DNA of 64,000 nucleotides from Lama glama (Eukaryota): NCBI GenBank assembly GCA_028534125.1, contig CM052818.1:40178001-40242000 (forward strand), written 5' to 3'. Each line of letters begins with the position of its first letter. The first letter of the stretch is position 1. Of the stretch, positions 25,800-37,789 are shown piece after piece. Under the pieces are notes generated by a model that worked only from the letters and a program-made list of their open reading frames with translations, ran no database searches and was not told the DNA's origin. The position numbers and the translations under genes were made by a program.

Positions 25800-26290
25800 G
25801 ACTGTGTATATTTTGAAATCACTTATTTGTCACATCCTTGGCGTTATCCTAGGAACTGCTGAATACAATAAACAAATAAAATCAATAGACTCACAGAGCT
25901 TAAATTCCATTAGGGGAACAACCACAATCAAAAACAGATTATGGTGCTATGATGAGAAATAAAATATGTCGATATGATAATGAATCCCGGGAAGCTACTT
26001 AGCATTACCTGATCAGGGAAGGGCTGAAGGAGGAGACAGCATTGAGACTGAGACACAGAGCTGACTGACAACAAAACACTCATGATGAGAAAAGAAGGGC
26101 AGGGGTAGGAGGCAGCATTCCAGGCCCAGAGACCAGCCATTGCCAAAATCTGGAGACAGGAAATGTGTTGGTGTGTCCCAGGATTAAGAAGGCCAGCATG
26201 GCAGGAGCAGAGGGAATAATGCGGAGAGTGACAGAAGATGGGGTCAGCCAAGTTAAGTAGCTGGGATTTCAGTTGCATTTTAATGCATTG
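25800..26290 (-). mobile_element. L2 3' region
   Basis: CTAGGAACTGCTGAATACAATAAACAA...CTCACAGAGCTTA...TCAGGGAAGG...CATTCCAGGC...GGAAATGTGTTGGTGTGT..AAGAAGGCCAGCATGGC. Confidence 0.8.
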
Positions 26291-26294
26291 TTGC

Positions 26295-26490
26295 TGACAT
26301 AGTAGTCTGAGCATCAAGATTTGGGTGGGTTTTGATCAATGCCCTGCCATTAACTTACTGTATGACTCCGGAAAACTTATATCCTTTCTCTTGGCCTCAG
26401 ACTGACCTCAGCTGTGAAACAAAGAGATTGAACTAGAAAGTAGATGATCTATGAATTCCCTTTGAGTGCTAACATTCTATGATTCTAATC
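26295..26490 (+). mobile_element. MIR/MIR3
   Basis: CCTGCCATTAACTTACTGTATGAC...GGCCTCAG...CTGTGAAACAAAGAG...GATGATCT...CTAACATTCTATGATTCTA. Confidence 0.7.
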
Positions 26491-27664
26491 TTTGCCCTCA
26501 AAGATGAAGTTGAAGACTCCCTTTTCTTAAAAGTTCTGAGGCCCCTCTGTGAACTGGGGAAGTACAGCACAGGGTATGCTGATCATTTGCCCTGAATTGT
26601 AAAACTGCCAGGACTTAAGATAGGATGAGGAGCCAAAGATTGCATTTTCCCCTGTGTTGTCGACATTTCTTACAAGACATATTTGCTGTGAGTTTTTCTA
26701 TTTTGCTCCTGTCTTCATTACTTTCCCAGTTTCTTCGGAGTACCTGACTGAGGTCCCCTCAGTTCTTTATTTTCACCTCAACAATTAAAAGAAGAAAGAA
26801 AGGAAGAGAGAAATGAATGGATATGGAAGTCATCAATACCTTCCCAATATCCACAGGCACACTGGTTTCCCAAATTCTCCTTTGGGAATAAGGTCAACTG
26901 TGCAAAGACTGGCTTGCTTCTCCCTGCAGAGAGGTGCTTGAAGATGTGACACTAATGTAAGCCTCATCACTTTATAGACATTCCCAATTGGAAACACAAT
27001 CAATCAGGCTCGTGATTCCTAGAATGTGAAATTCACTGTGACCAAAGATTAGTTGGCTCCCACCATAAATAATTTAGAAAGACTACTAAACAAGCACTTC
27101 AATAGCTTCATAGGGCTGCTAAATAAACAAGCAATACGTGCACAAGACAAACCTTTTAAAGGAGCAGCTAAGAGATTTGGACTTTTAAAGAATATTTACC
27201 TTGGATCTGAGATAAAACCCGAGACTGAGTTTAAAGAGACAGCACATAGAACACAGACCCTCTTCTGTGGATCAAGAAGAGAAGAAACCCTGTTTCTGAT
27301 TTGTGGTTATTTTAAGTTTCAGGGCTGCACTGAGACCATGACCTCTTTTTCCGAGTCACGCATGCTTTAGCAGGAAAAAACAAAAACATTTTAAAAACAA
27401 TATAGATATTTGTGAGTTTGCTATGTTGTGTGATTTTTATCACGCCTTAGGGGCCAAAATACATCAGCTGGAAAACAATTCTAGTTTAGTATGGAAAATA
27501 ATATCTGACATACAGAAATTTTATTTGTAAGAAAAAATATATTCTATAAAGTAATTTTCAGCTAAACTAAACAAACACTCTAGAAAAAATGTTGTTTATT
27601 TTTTAAGTTGCTAACAGTATGAATCATTCGAGAGGTATTTTATTATGTACAAGCAAGAGTACAT

Positions 27665-28350
27665 TGGATGACTGGGTCTTAACACTGCCTCTTTAGTAAT
27701 CAGAAATGTAAGCTTGGACAAGTCACTCAGCTTCTCTGAGTATCACCTGTATCTGCTAAACAAGGCCGTTGGATTACATGTTCTCAGATTGTAATTCAAT
27801 GCTGAAATGCTGGACATGTACTTTTAACACCACATATTGCATCTGCACACAGCACATGGTAAATTTTTAACCAGTTCATCAACAATTTAGTGAAGAACTA
27901 AAACAGTGCGACACAGTGCTTTGCTAGTTAGGAAAGGGTATTACTTATTTTGGTAATGCAGTATCTTGGCAGAGTCCAGGAGTTGTTATCACAAAACCCT
28001 GGTTCTGTCTCCTACCGCCATAAAGGAACTATGAGAAGATAATGCAAACGTTTGGCCCACTATTTCCTCCTTTGTGAAGCAGGTATAACAGGACTTTCTT
28101 GTTATAACGTTTTGAATAATCAAGAACACAGACACTGGAATCAGAGAGATGCATTTTAAAATCTGGCTCCACTAATTTGAGTTGTGTGATTTGGGGGCAG
28201 TTTGCTTGATTTCTGAGTGCTTCAATTTTCCCATCTGTAAAATGGAGAGAAAAAAAAAGAACCTAATTGAAAGAATAGTTGTAAGGATGAGGTAAGAGAC
28301 CGTGTGTATAGCAATTAAAATAGTGCTTAGCATTTAGTAAATGTTAGTGT
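27665..28350 (+). mobile_element. Cluster of MIR elements
   Basis: CTTGGACAAGTCACTCAGCTTCTCTGAG at ~27713; near-complete MIR at 28120-28350 with TTTTCCCATCTGTAAAATGG and TTGTAAGGATGA. Confidence 0.8.
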
Positions 28351-28357
28351 TCACTTA

Positions 28358-28402
<45 letters not shown>

Positions 28403-28413
28403 TATTATTATTA
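28358..28413. repeat. (CAT)15 followed by (TAT)n microsatellite at a MIR tail
   Basis: Read directly from the sequence. Confidence 0.98.
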
Positions 28414-28663
28414 GAAATAGTAGTAGTAGCAGTTTCAACAGCAGAGACATGTGAAAATCCAGGTATTAAGTAGAGAGAAATCAAGTTGCTTTAAGGGCAA
28501 AGAAAATAAAGTAGTCCTGTGGGCTGGAGCTGTTAAGGAAGGCTTGAGGATACAGCCATGTTTAGGGTTGGGCCTCAATGAAGGAAAAGAAGGTTAACAA
28601 AAAAGACATTACAACAGGAGAGGACAGGATCATCAAAGAGAGGGAAGAGAAAAACCTAAGTCA

Positions 28664-30778
28664 GATTTCCAGGTGAAGGCAGAAAAATAAACACATGCAT
28701 GTACTCTTGTTCCACCCTGAAGCACTAAGAAAATGACATGAAGGAAATGCATTTAAGGCAGAAAACAACATGAAAAAAATAATAGAAAAGAAAACAGCAA
28801 CACAACTTCAGAAACTAGTGCTAAACGAGGAAACCTGAGTAATAAGAAATCCAAGTTGGCAGTAGGAAAAGCTAAAATGTGACCACATTTATGGCAGAGC
28901 CCTCACCCCCAACACATACACAATTCAGGGATGTCCGGCACCAGCTGCCTCTAAAAGTGGGAGTGAGGGTAGGTCTTGAAAAGTGGGGAATGCCTTGCAA
29001 GTTTGTTTCAAAAACCCTTAAACCCCTAGATTCTCTCCCCAGGTCCAAATAATCAGAAAGCCTTTGGACAGGGAAACACTCACAGCTGAGGATGATACTA
29101 CCTTACTGCAGTCAGAGAGATTATGTGTACATGTACATACTGGAGTCTGAGATCCACTAAACTACATCATTCCTAATCTTCTATCACGATGGACTTGTAG
29201 AAACTGAAAATAAACCCAATTTCCTGTGGGGCAAAGACTGGAAATCATTTCTGGGAATATGACTAGCCCAGGAGGGAAAGGACAAAGGTACAGATACTAA
29301 GAATTTCCACAAGGCAACCCATCCTGATCACCTCTCGACTTTGAAGACTCTGGTTAACCAATTCCACCAAAGCATTTAAAAATTGACATCAGTCTTTAAG
29401 AGAATTGCTCTAAAAAACAGACTGTTCAGAAAAGATGCTAACATGAAAGATAAGAACCTAAATGCAAGTGGAAAAAAAAAAGCGCAACTTGGAAATAACC
29501 AAAAAATGCAAGAAAAAAAACTTCAGCAAAAAAACATTATTTGTGTATTATATTCATAAACTAGGAACTGGATGTACTTTACAAAAACAAATATTCTGAC
29601 AATAGTAAAAGGGTATTGGAAATAAATATAACAGAAATGAAAAAGTCAGTAGGATTGCAAGATTAAATGAGGGAAATTTCCCAAGAAGCAGGACAAACTG
29701 TTTAAGAGATGGAAAACAGGAGAGAACAGTATGAAAACTAAAAATCAGCTCAGAATTTTTGATATCCAAATAACAGGGGTTCTAGACGAAAGCACTGAGA
29801 AAAAGGAAGAAAGGAAGTCATCAGTAAAAAAACTATATCAAAAATATTCAGAACTAAACAATATGAATTGCCAAATGCCTGGCAGTGAGTGCAGGCAGAC
29901 CCATACCAATATATATCATCCTGAAATTCCAAGATCATATGTATTTCCAGAGAGAGATATGAACAGTCACATACAAAAGACACAAAAGGTGAGGAATCAA
30001 ATATCGCTTTAGACTTGGCAATAACAGAGCTAGAAGGCAGACAACAAACCAGAGCCTTCAGATTCTGAGGGACGGTGACTTACAACCTAAAATTCCACCC
30101 CCAACCAAACTTTCGATCAAGGATGACATTAGAACAATGAAATTGTAAGGCTTGCCATGCTCTTTTAAGAGTATAATTTCCCATTATCCATTTTTTTTTT
30201 TGTAAAGCTACTGGATGACATTCTCCAGTAAAATAAGGAAGTGATCAAAATAGAAGGTGTGATTAAAATAAGAGGGACTCCTATTCTGGAAATAGGAAGA
30301 AAGTCACCAAGAAAATGAAGGCTAACCTAGGATGATAGATGTAAACTAAGTGGAAGACAACCAAATCCATTAGAAGCAGATGCTCAACATTTGGCTGAGG
30401 TTTTTTTTCTTCTAGAATATAAAATTTAAAGAATACCTGAAGATTTTGATCCTTGGTAAAGTATTTGGGCTGAATTAATGGTATGTACATAGGAAACTCA
30501 ACAACAACAACAAAAATCAGGACAAGCATTCACTAAAGACAAAAGGAAAACTGTGCAGAAGAGAAGAAATTATGATTTAGTACATCATTCAGGATTTAGC
30601 TAGTCATAATACAGGAAACACCAAACAGTCATATAAACAAAATTATGAGAACTAAATTGGAAGGGTGGGAGAAACAGGAAATGTGTGTGTGTGCGCGCTA
30701 TATCTTGAACAAGATTGGGAAGCATTGCTAAATATAGTGCTACTTACAGATGTTTCAGTTTAGGCGTTAACCATTGAC

Positions 30779-30811
<33 letters not shown>

Positions 30812-31055
30812 CACACACACACACACTTGCAAGGCATACAGGAACAAATGGTAAAGAAAATTGAGATTAGAAGCAATGAGACAGGGGATAAGGCCACCCA
30901 CCCCAGGTTCCACTTGACCTCCCTGAGGGCAGAAAGGATCACTATCTCCCCATACCTGTAATGTATTTGCTGCTAACTGTTCAGGAGGCTCTGATTTAGA
31001 GATAGCAAGGTAAATGCCAAAAGAACAAGCAAAATGAATTGAAAATGATTTTCTT
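28664..31055 (+). mobile_element. HAL1 (half-L1, ORF1-only LINE), near full length, decayed
   Basis: 5' GATTTCCAGGTGAAGG..AACACATGCATG...AAAATGACA; ORF1-like ATCCAAATAACAGGGGTTCTAGA and GCCTTCAGATTCTGAGGG..TGACTTACAACCTAAAATTC..CCAACCAAACT; HAL1-type AAGCTACTGGATGACATTCTCCA and CCTAGGATGA; no ORF2; 3' GGTAAATGCCAAAAGAA. Confidence 0.7.
30781..30826. repeat. (CA)15(AC)8 microsatellite
   Basis: Read directly from the sequence. Confidence 0.98.
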
Positions 31056-31257
31056 CAATCAAAATAGCATTTTATCATAGGGATCTGCTAGATAATTTAT
31101 GTTGAAGATCAACGGAATTCAATGAATGGATATGCTTATTTCTTCCCACAACTTTCTGCCACCTCCTGTTGGCAAACCAGACTTGCAGACTTTTACAACA
31201 TAGATCTTCTTCCCAAGATCTTCCAGATTCCCCACACTAATCCCACACCACCACGCC

Positions 31258-31262
<5 letters not shown>

Positions 31263-31288
<26 letters not shown>
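31263..31288. repeat. (AC)13 microsatellite
   Basis: Read directly from the sequence. Confidence 0.98.
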
Positions 31289-31749
31289 GCTCACACAGTC
31301 TTGATGCTACTGGAGTATCATCACTGTCCAAGGCCTAGATTCCTTCTCAGAACCCCACCTCGTTCCAGAGCAGGGGATCAGATTGGTCCACTTTTATAGT
31401 TTTTGGTTGGATTTGGAGGCGGCCACCTTACAAAACTCTCCATCTCCCTCCCAGTTCCTCCACATTCACTGCCACCCACTATACCCAGGATTCCGCCTCA
31501 ATTTTTACATCAAAGGTGTCCCTCCTCTAGGAAAGAGTCTGGAAGGGAAGATTACAAAATAAGTGCCTTTTCTTGACAGTACGGACAATTATTTGGTTTC
31601 CTTTTCTTAAATAAAAGCATTTTATTATTTAAATATATCGGTTCCTTCACTTGAACTTGCTCCATAGAGCGCACTTCCCCCTTCTCAGGCCACACAAAAT
31701 ATTGTCCAGGTCACTGACTGCCTGATAGCTGCATTAACTAATATATTTG

Positions 31750-32260
31750 TCCCGTCAATCAAAAAATGTTTCATGTAGACCTACTGAATTCAGTAGTGTT
31801 TGGAATAGTCAAGAAATCAAGCATTGCCCCTACTGGGATCAGTGCTCAACCGTGGAAGACAGGATGCGCCAGGTGCTCATCAAAAGAGAGGGACACCCAA
31901 TCCAGACTCAGAGGAGGGAGTGGAGAGGACAGGACCGGTGTGTGTGTGTGTGTGTGTGTGTGTATGGAGGGGGTTCTACTTGTCAAGGAAGAAGAATCTT
32001 GTAGGTAGAGAGAATTGTTTGTGCAAAGGACAAGAGTCACGATATTTAGGAAATAAAAGATTATTCTCCTGAAGCATGAAAAGAAAGGGAGGTGGGCTGA
32101 AGTTAGCTGGTAAGATGGACTTGAAGCTGAAGACATGGGCAGGGCCAATCACATGAAGCCTTGTAAAATCTCTTCAGTGGTGATAATCCACTGGAGAGTT
32201 TTTTAAAGGGCAGTAAGATGATCAGATTTGCATTTTTAGAATTTCACTCATTCTTGGCAC
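31750..32260 (-). mobile_element. L2 fragment containing (GT)13 at 31938-31963
   Basis: TGTGCAAAGGAC..., GGGCCAATCACATGAAGCCTTGTA, CCACTGGAGAGTTTT..., ATGATCAGATTTGCATTTT. Confidence 0.75.
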
Positions 32261-32599
32261 AGCTGGGTGCTTGGGAGATCTGTTTTGTGCTTTAAAAAGC
32301 ACGGATGCCTTGATTATAGCAATTCTATCAGTATTTTAACTTCAGTTGGATAATAGCTGTAAAACACTTGGAGATTACTAAATACTTCCAAGCATATTTT
32401 CACATTTTATTATCACGACTCTCTACAAGGCCATTGTGATTAGCCTCATTTTTACAAAAGAAGAAACTAAGATTCAGAAAAATAAAGTGGAGCCCTGGGA
32501 CTGGCTTGAGGTTCACTCTGCCACTACTTTGCTACCAATCTCCTGTTCCCGGCCTGAGGGAAGGTCCTTGTGCTCACATCAACAGCCTGTAACAGACAA

Positions 32600-33050
32600 T
32601 ATAAACGGATAAAACAAACAGAATGGCCAGTTGCAGTGGACTGACATTTATGACCTATATACCATGAATTAGTAAAAATGAAAAAAATGAGTCTGAAAAG
32701 TATCAGTAAAGTTCATACGCAATGGTGACTGTGAAAATTCTGTGGAAATTCTAGGTGTTCTTTTAGCTAAATATTTCTCTATTTATAAAGACTGATCTCT
32801 GATGAAGTTGTTTAAAAAAAAAGTAAGTAAAGTAAAGCAGAGGACACATGTATTACAGTGCTCTTTGTATATATATTCCTCTAAAAACATCGCCTGTCTC
32901 TGAAAAGACATGAGAAACAGGTATGGGTGATTGCCTCTGGGGAGAACTGGGGACTGGATGGAGATTAATTTTCACTGTATAGCTATCTGCACTGCTTTAA
33001 TTTTTCACTGTGCACGTTTTGAAAATGGGCTGTAATTAAGAGAATAATTT
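32600..33050 (+). mobile_element. Old L1ME-type 3' fragments
   Basis: AAAAGTAAG...GCAGAGGACACATGTAT...GGTGATTGCCTCTGGGGAGAACTGGG...TTTTCACTGTATA. Confidence 0.55.
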
Positions 33051-33879
33051 GAAGAAAATGATAATTCCATGCTAACTCACAGTAAGTGTGTCAAAATAAA
33101 AACCCAGAACAGACAGGCAGAAAATATCAGACACGTTTTCTGCTGTATCTGACATATTCAGGAACTAGCTTTCTCATGCAGAGCAGTGTTCTTGGGGATT
33201 ATATAACTCCTACGGAAATAACATTTGTTCTGACTTAGAATAGCCGTTTTATGTCTCAGAGCCCTAGGTCTGTGCCAAGGCACTCCCGGCCAGGAGTGTC
33301 AGGCACTTTAGCCTTGGTTTACCCCCTGAGAAGGAGCACCCCTCCTGGCCACTGGGAAAACACATGATGTCAACAAATCAGCATTTGATCCTGAAACTCC
33401 ACTGAGTATTTGGCAAGGGAGGGGCAGAGAGGTAGGAGGAGCCATTCTTAATGCCTGAGGCCAGTGTTTTAAAAACTATTTTCTATGGTGTTAATAGCTG
33501 TTTCACAAGGAAGAGGAAATCTAGGTCAAATACATTTGGAAATGGCATTTTCTCTTCTTCCTCTCTCTTCTAATGTGGATCGGGGCACAGTGCGCATTAG
33601 CGCGCTGGAGTCTCTGGGATTTATTGCACATACTCTTGACCAGAGAAATCTTTTTTTTTTTAAAGGCAGGCCTTTTAACATTTTTCAAGACAGTATTCCT
33701 ATATGGAATACTGCTGGGCCAACGCTGCCATAAGCTATTCAGTACATTTTTACAGCAACAGCCCCGATTCATCATGCTCTTGATATCCATACCTCTGTGC
33801 ATGCCTCTTCAGCCTGTTTTCTGACTTTGGCCGTATGGTCTGCCTTGGCCAGTGGAGCAGCAGCAAAGAGAACAAGCAG

Positions 33880-34130
33880 AGGCTTGATAAAGACTGGCAC
33901 ACTGGGAACGTGCCCTCTGTGCCCCAAGATCCTGTACCCTGAGACGCACGTGCTGCTAAGAAGTCGGGGTGAAGGGCCAAGAGGCCCAGCCAGGTCAGCT
34001 GAGCAGGTGAGCCCAGCCTCCGGCCAACTGGCCGCACGAACGGCGTTGTGTAAGTGAGCCCCCACGTGAGCGCCGCAGAACTGCGCAACCAGACGCAGCA
34101 CTGCGACAAATAATAACTTACCGTTGTGTG
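33880..34130. promoter_or_regulatory. CpG-retaining patch, candidate enhancer or alternative promoter
   Basis: 12 CpGs in 34021-34130 in an otherwise CpG-depleted window; CACGTG E-boxes at 33947 and 34063; TGATAA near 33884; no recognisable repeat. Confidence 0.45.
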
Positions 34131-35735
34131 AAGGCACTCAGTTTGAGTGAGGTAACTGACACAGACAGTTCATCGTCAAGGTAAAAAGGAGCAGCCCAAT
34201 AAGGACCCTGAATTCCATTTCAAGCTCTGTTCTCTGCCTCAGTTTCCTCATGTGTAGAAAGAGGAAGTCAGGACAGATAATGTCTCATGGGCTTTCTTGC
34301 TCTGATGTTGCTTTAAAGCAGAAGAAATGTGTTCCACATATATGTACTATATTTTGGCATCCGTTTGACCCCAAACTGCAGGGCCTGAGTTAACATATAT
34401 CTTGCAGGTGAAAAAAGAGAGCTACACTTGAGAATTTGTAAATCTGGCTCCCAGTCCCCTAGGCTGACTTAGCCCAGATGTTGGAATGGAAATGTCTGAG
34501 TCTGGAGTGGAATTCTTTGCAAAAGAAAAGGAGAGGCGACGGCCTGCAGATCACAGACTCTTTGCCTCCGCACTTTTCTAGGCTCAACGGGTGTGTCAGC
34601 AGCAGCATGACCCTGATCTTTCTGAGCGACAGGGTTTGTGTCTACAGTCCATAGGACCAAAGAGCAACAGAAACCACCCCAATTCCCAGCCAAGCTTTCT
34701 CACTGTCCAGGAGGAATAGGAGTGTGGGATCACACTCTGTTTATTTGTGGTTCTTTTAAGTGATGTCCAGAGACCCACATTTCATGCTTGTTTGAAAGTG
34801 TATACGTAACCGGGGAAGCTGTTAAACAGCAGTCTGCCTTCACTCTACTTATTTACTTATTTAGTTACATGTCAGCATGCCGTTCACTGAGTCATAACTC
34901 TTTACTGTGCCCTAGGATGACCAGTGTTTGAGTGTCAGAGGAAATCTGCATCTCATATTTATAAATGTTTCCCAGGACATCATATTTGGCTACTTACATT
35001 TCAGTTATCACAGTTGTCTTGCTTGTTTGTTCAAAAAGTTTTCTTTGATTAGTAATAAGACTTACAAAAAAAGGTGGGAGAAAATTAAAAAATATATATC
35101 TTTTTCAGAGGGAGGAAAAAATACAAGTCATCCGAAAATAAATTGAACTAAATTTCTTGAAAGTGCTGAAAACTACTTTAAGATGTGTAGATTCTAAAAA
35201 GTGGGAGAAAAGCAGTAATTCGTAATTCCTGATCTTTACTGCAAAGGTCTAACCTAAAACAGAAAAGTTTAGTTTAATTATGAGCGAAAAATCAAATAAG
35301 CTCAAACACAAAACACATTTCTGCTATTCTGCATTGTGTATATTGGCAGCAGAAAGGATCATTCCTAAGGAAAAACACAATTCTAAATCAAGTGAAAACA
35401 AACCAGAAAGCTAGATGAAGATAACACCTCAAAGAAATGCTGCCTTCGTCACTTTTGTAGGAGAACTGACAACTGTAATCTACCAGCAGCGTTTCCTGGC
35501 TTGCAAAATGTTCCTAAAGTGCAGGCAGTGCAAGCCATCTAACTCCCATCGTAATGCCCACAAGGCAGTCACTCAGAGAGGAGGCATTTTCCTCTGACTT
35601 CCTGGAGCTTTTCTGTGCGATACAATGAAGGCAAAGGCAGGATGGCTTAGCATCTCTTATGCAGCAGGAAAGGGTTGGCTGAAAACCTGGCTTCTTGGTC
35701 ATCTCTCTTGTTCAGTTCTGGGTTCTGTGATTGGC

Positions 35736-35761
35736 AAAAAAAAAAAAAAAAAAAAAAAAAA
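35736..35761. repeat. Poly(A)26 tract
   Basis: Read directly; no recognisable SINE head upstream. Confidence 0.95.
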
Positions 35762-37049
35762 GACAGGGGGCGGGTGCAACAAGAGAAGCCGAGTGGTGGC
35801 GAATGCTCCCTCTTTGAGTCTGCACTCAGGACCCAGAGCCGCTTCCACCTTGCTCCTGGTAACATGCCCATGAAGACAGCCTTGAAGAATCTAGAAAGGT
35901 GTAGTCATTGCTTCCTTGGCCACATTCTCATGTTCATTTTTATAACCGTTACTGGCAATCAGTCTTAAGAGATAAAAGTTTATTTGGAAACGCAGTCAGC
36001 ATGTTAACTGTGGTTTAAAGTGAATGGTTCCCTCTTCTCTCATTTTAGCCAGAGATTTACACCCCTTCCAAGCCGGCCCTGGTCTTATTTATGTAACTGC
36101 ACTAGAGAGTGGCTTGAGGTTGCCTCTTATAATAACAAGCTCTATTTATGCCTTGTGGGGCTGGGCCCAGGCAGTTAAAGCAACTTAGATAGAAAACCAA
36201 GAAAGTAGGAGCAGGCTGCATGGAAAGGCTTCTACCAAGACCCTCCTTTAAATAAGACAGCTTGAGCATTCTGATTGTTTGGACCTCGGAGCAATGTGTG
36301 ATCCCAAGGGACCTCTGCAGACTCTGGGTTCTGCATCGTTTCAGGCACAAAGTCCCTGAAATGTGGGCTTAGCCTTAATACAAAGCATTTACTGTTGGCG
36401 ACATAAGAAACAGACAGAAATGCTTTTTTCTGCTGTCACTGCTTATCCTAATAGAAACAGGCATTATAAAATGCACTTTGGTGTCAATTTTTATTCAAAG
36501 AAACACCTCCCACAGTTCCAGATGTTGTACTGTAATATCCACATTTTCACATTCATATGTATAATATGTACTAACAAATTTTAATAACATAAGGAGTCAT
36601 CAACTGTTATTCCTTTTCCTCATCAACATTCTTACCTTTCACAAATCTACCCAGTATTTATAAGAATAATTAATGCTATGCACACATTTACAATGGAGCT
36701 TAGATAAGGGGTCTTTAGCTTCATTCTCAATTTAAATGTCAAAAGCTAAGTAAACTGACATCTCAGAGAGGAATATAAAATAAATTTCAATTTCACCTAG
36801 AATAGTAATACCATCTCTTACAGAAAGGCTAAGAACGGTTACAAAAGCAAACTTTCTTTCTCCACAGGCTGTTAAATGGCGCCCCCTTCCTGTCAGTGAG
36901 GAATTTGGTCAAGGAGCCAAAAAAAAAAAAAAAAAACACATTGCTTTGTAGTATCTCAAAATGTTAGTGATGTAAGGATCCTATACAGATAATTTCATGT
37001 AGACCACTCATCAGACACGTAAAACAGGCCAAGATCCCAGCAGGAGAAG

Positions 37050-37575
37050 TCTCATCAATTTCACTCATCAGTTAAAAATACTTTCAGCAGGCACTGTGTC
37101 AATCATGGGAGAGTAATAACGGTCTTAACTCTCAGGGAACTCAAAATCTCATCGGGGAGACATAAAAGTAAACCAAGTATTACAATACAGGTCAATATGT
37201 GCTATATTTGAGATGTGTATCAAGCACTATTAGAGAAATAATATCTGCCAGAGTAGTTTAAGGAGGGCTTCCTAGAGAAGGTGACAAGTTAAGTTAGGTA
37301 AAGAAGGATGGTTAAATGTTAACCAGGCAAAAGAGGTAGAAAGAGAATCCTAAACATCTAAAATGGAATTTCAAATTCTTCAAAGTCTGAAAGAGTGTGT
37401 TAGAATGAGGACCAAGTACCTCATGGTTTTCAGCCGCTTAAGAGTCTACGTGGACAAGTAAAAGAAGAAGGAACTGGGGAAAGTATTCTAAAGGCTGTGT
37501 ATGCCGAGATGAGGAGTTCAGACTTCAGTCTGATGGTGACTGGATACACAGAAACGTTGTTAAACAGCCCAGTAC
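37050..37575 (-). mobile_element. L2 3' region
   Basis: CAGGCACTGTG...CTCAGGGAACTCAAAATCT..GGGGAGAC...ATTACAATACA...GGAGGGCTTCCTAGAGAAGGTGACA. Confidence 0.8.
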
Positions 37576-37789
37576 GCACTTAGTTATATTTCAGTGCCAT
37601 CGCTTCATTCCCTTCAATTACCAGATCAATTAAACATCTAGCCAACGATCTGTGTAGGGTGCCAATTCTGTGCTGAGCCTTGGGGTACTTCAGAAGCATC
37701 TTCTTTGCCACTACATGGAAGTGTTATAAATCTGCAGCAAGAACAAGGCAGAGGGCAGGATTTTATCTATTATCATATTGAATCTTTGT

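Noticed and set aside
27200..27365. Minus-strand exon candidate ending AAG|GTAAAT
   Set aside because: Stops occur in all three frames; at most a non-coding exon, with no supporting evidence
33107..33151. Imperfect hairpin GCAGAAAA...TTTTCTGC (similar one at ~12755-12792)
   Set aside because: Stems are too short for a pre-miRNA and are expected by chance
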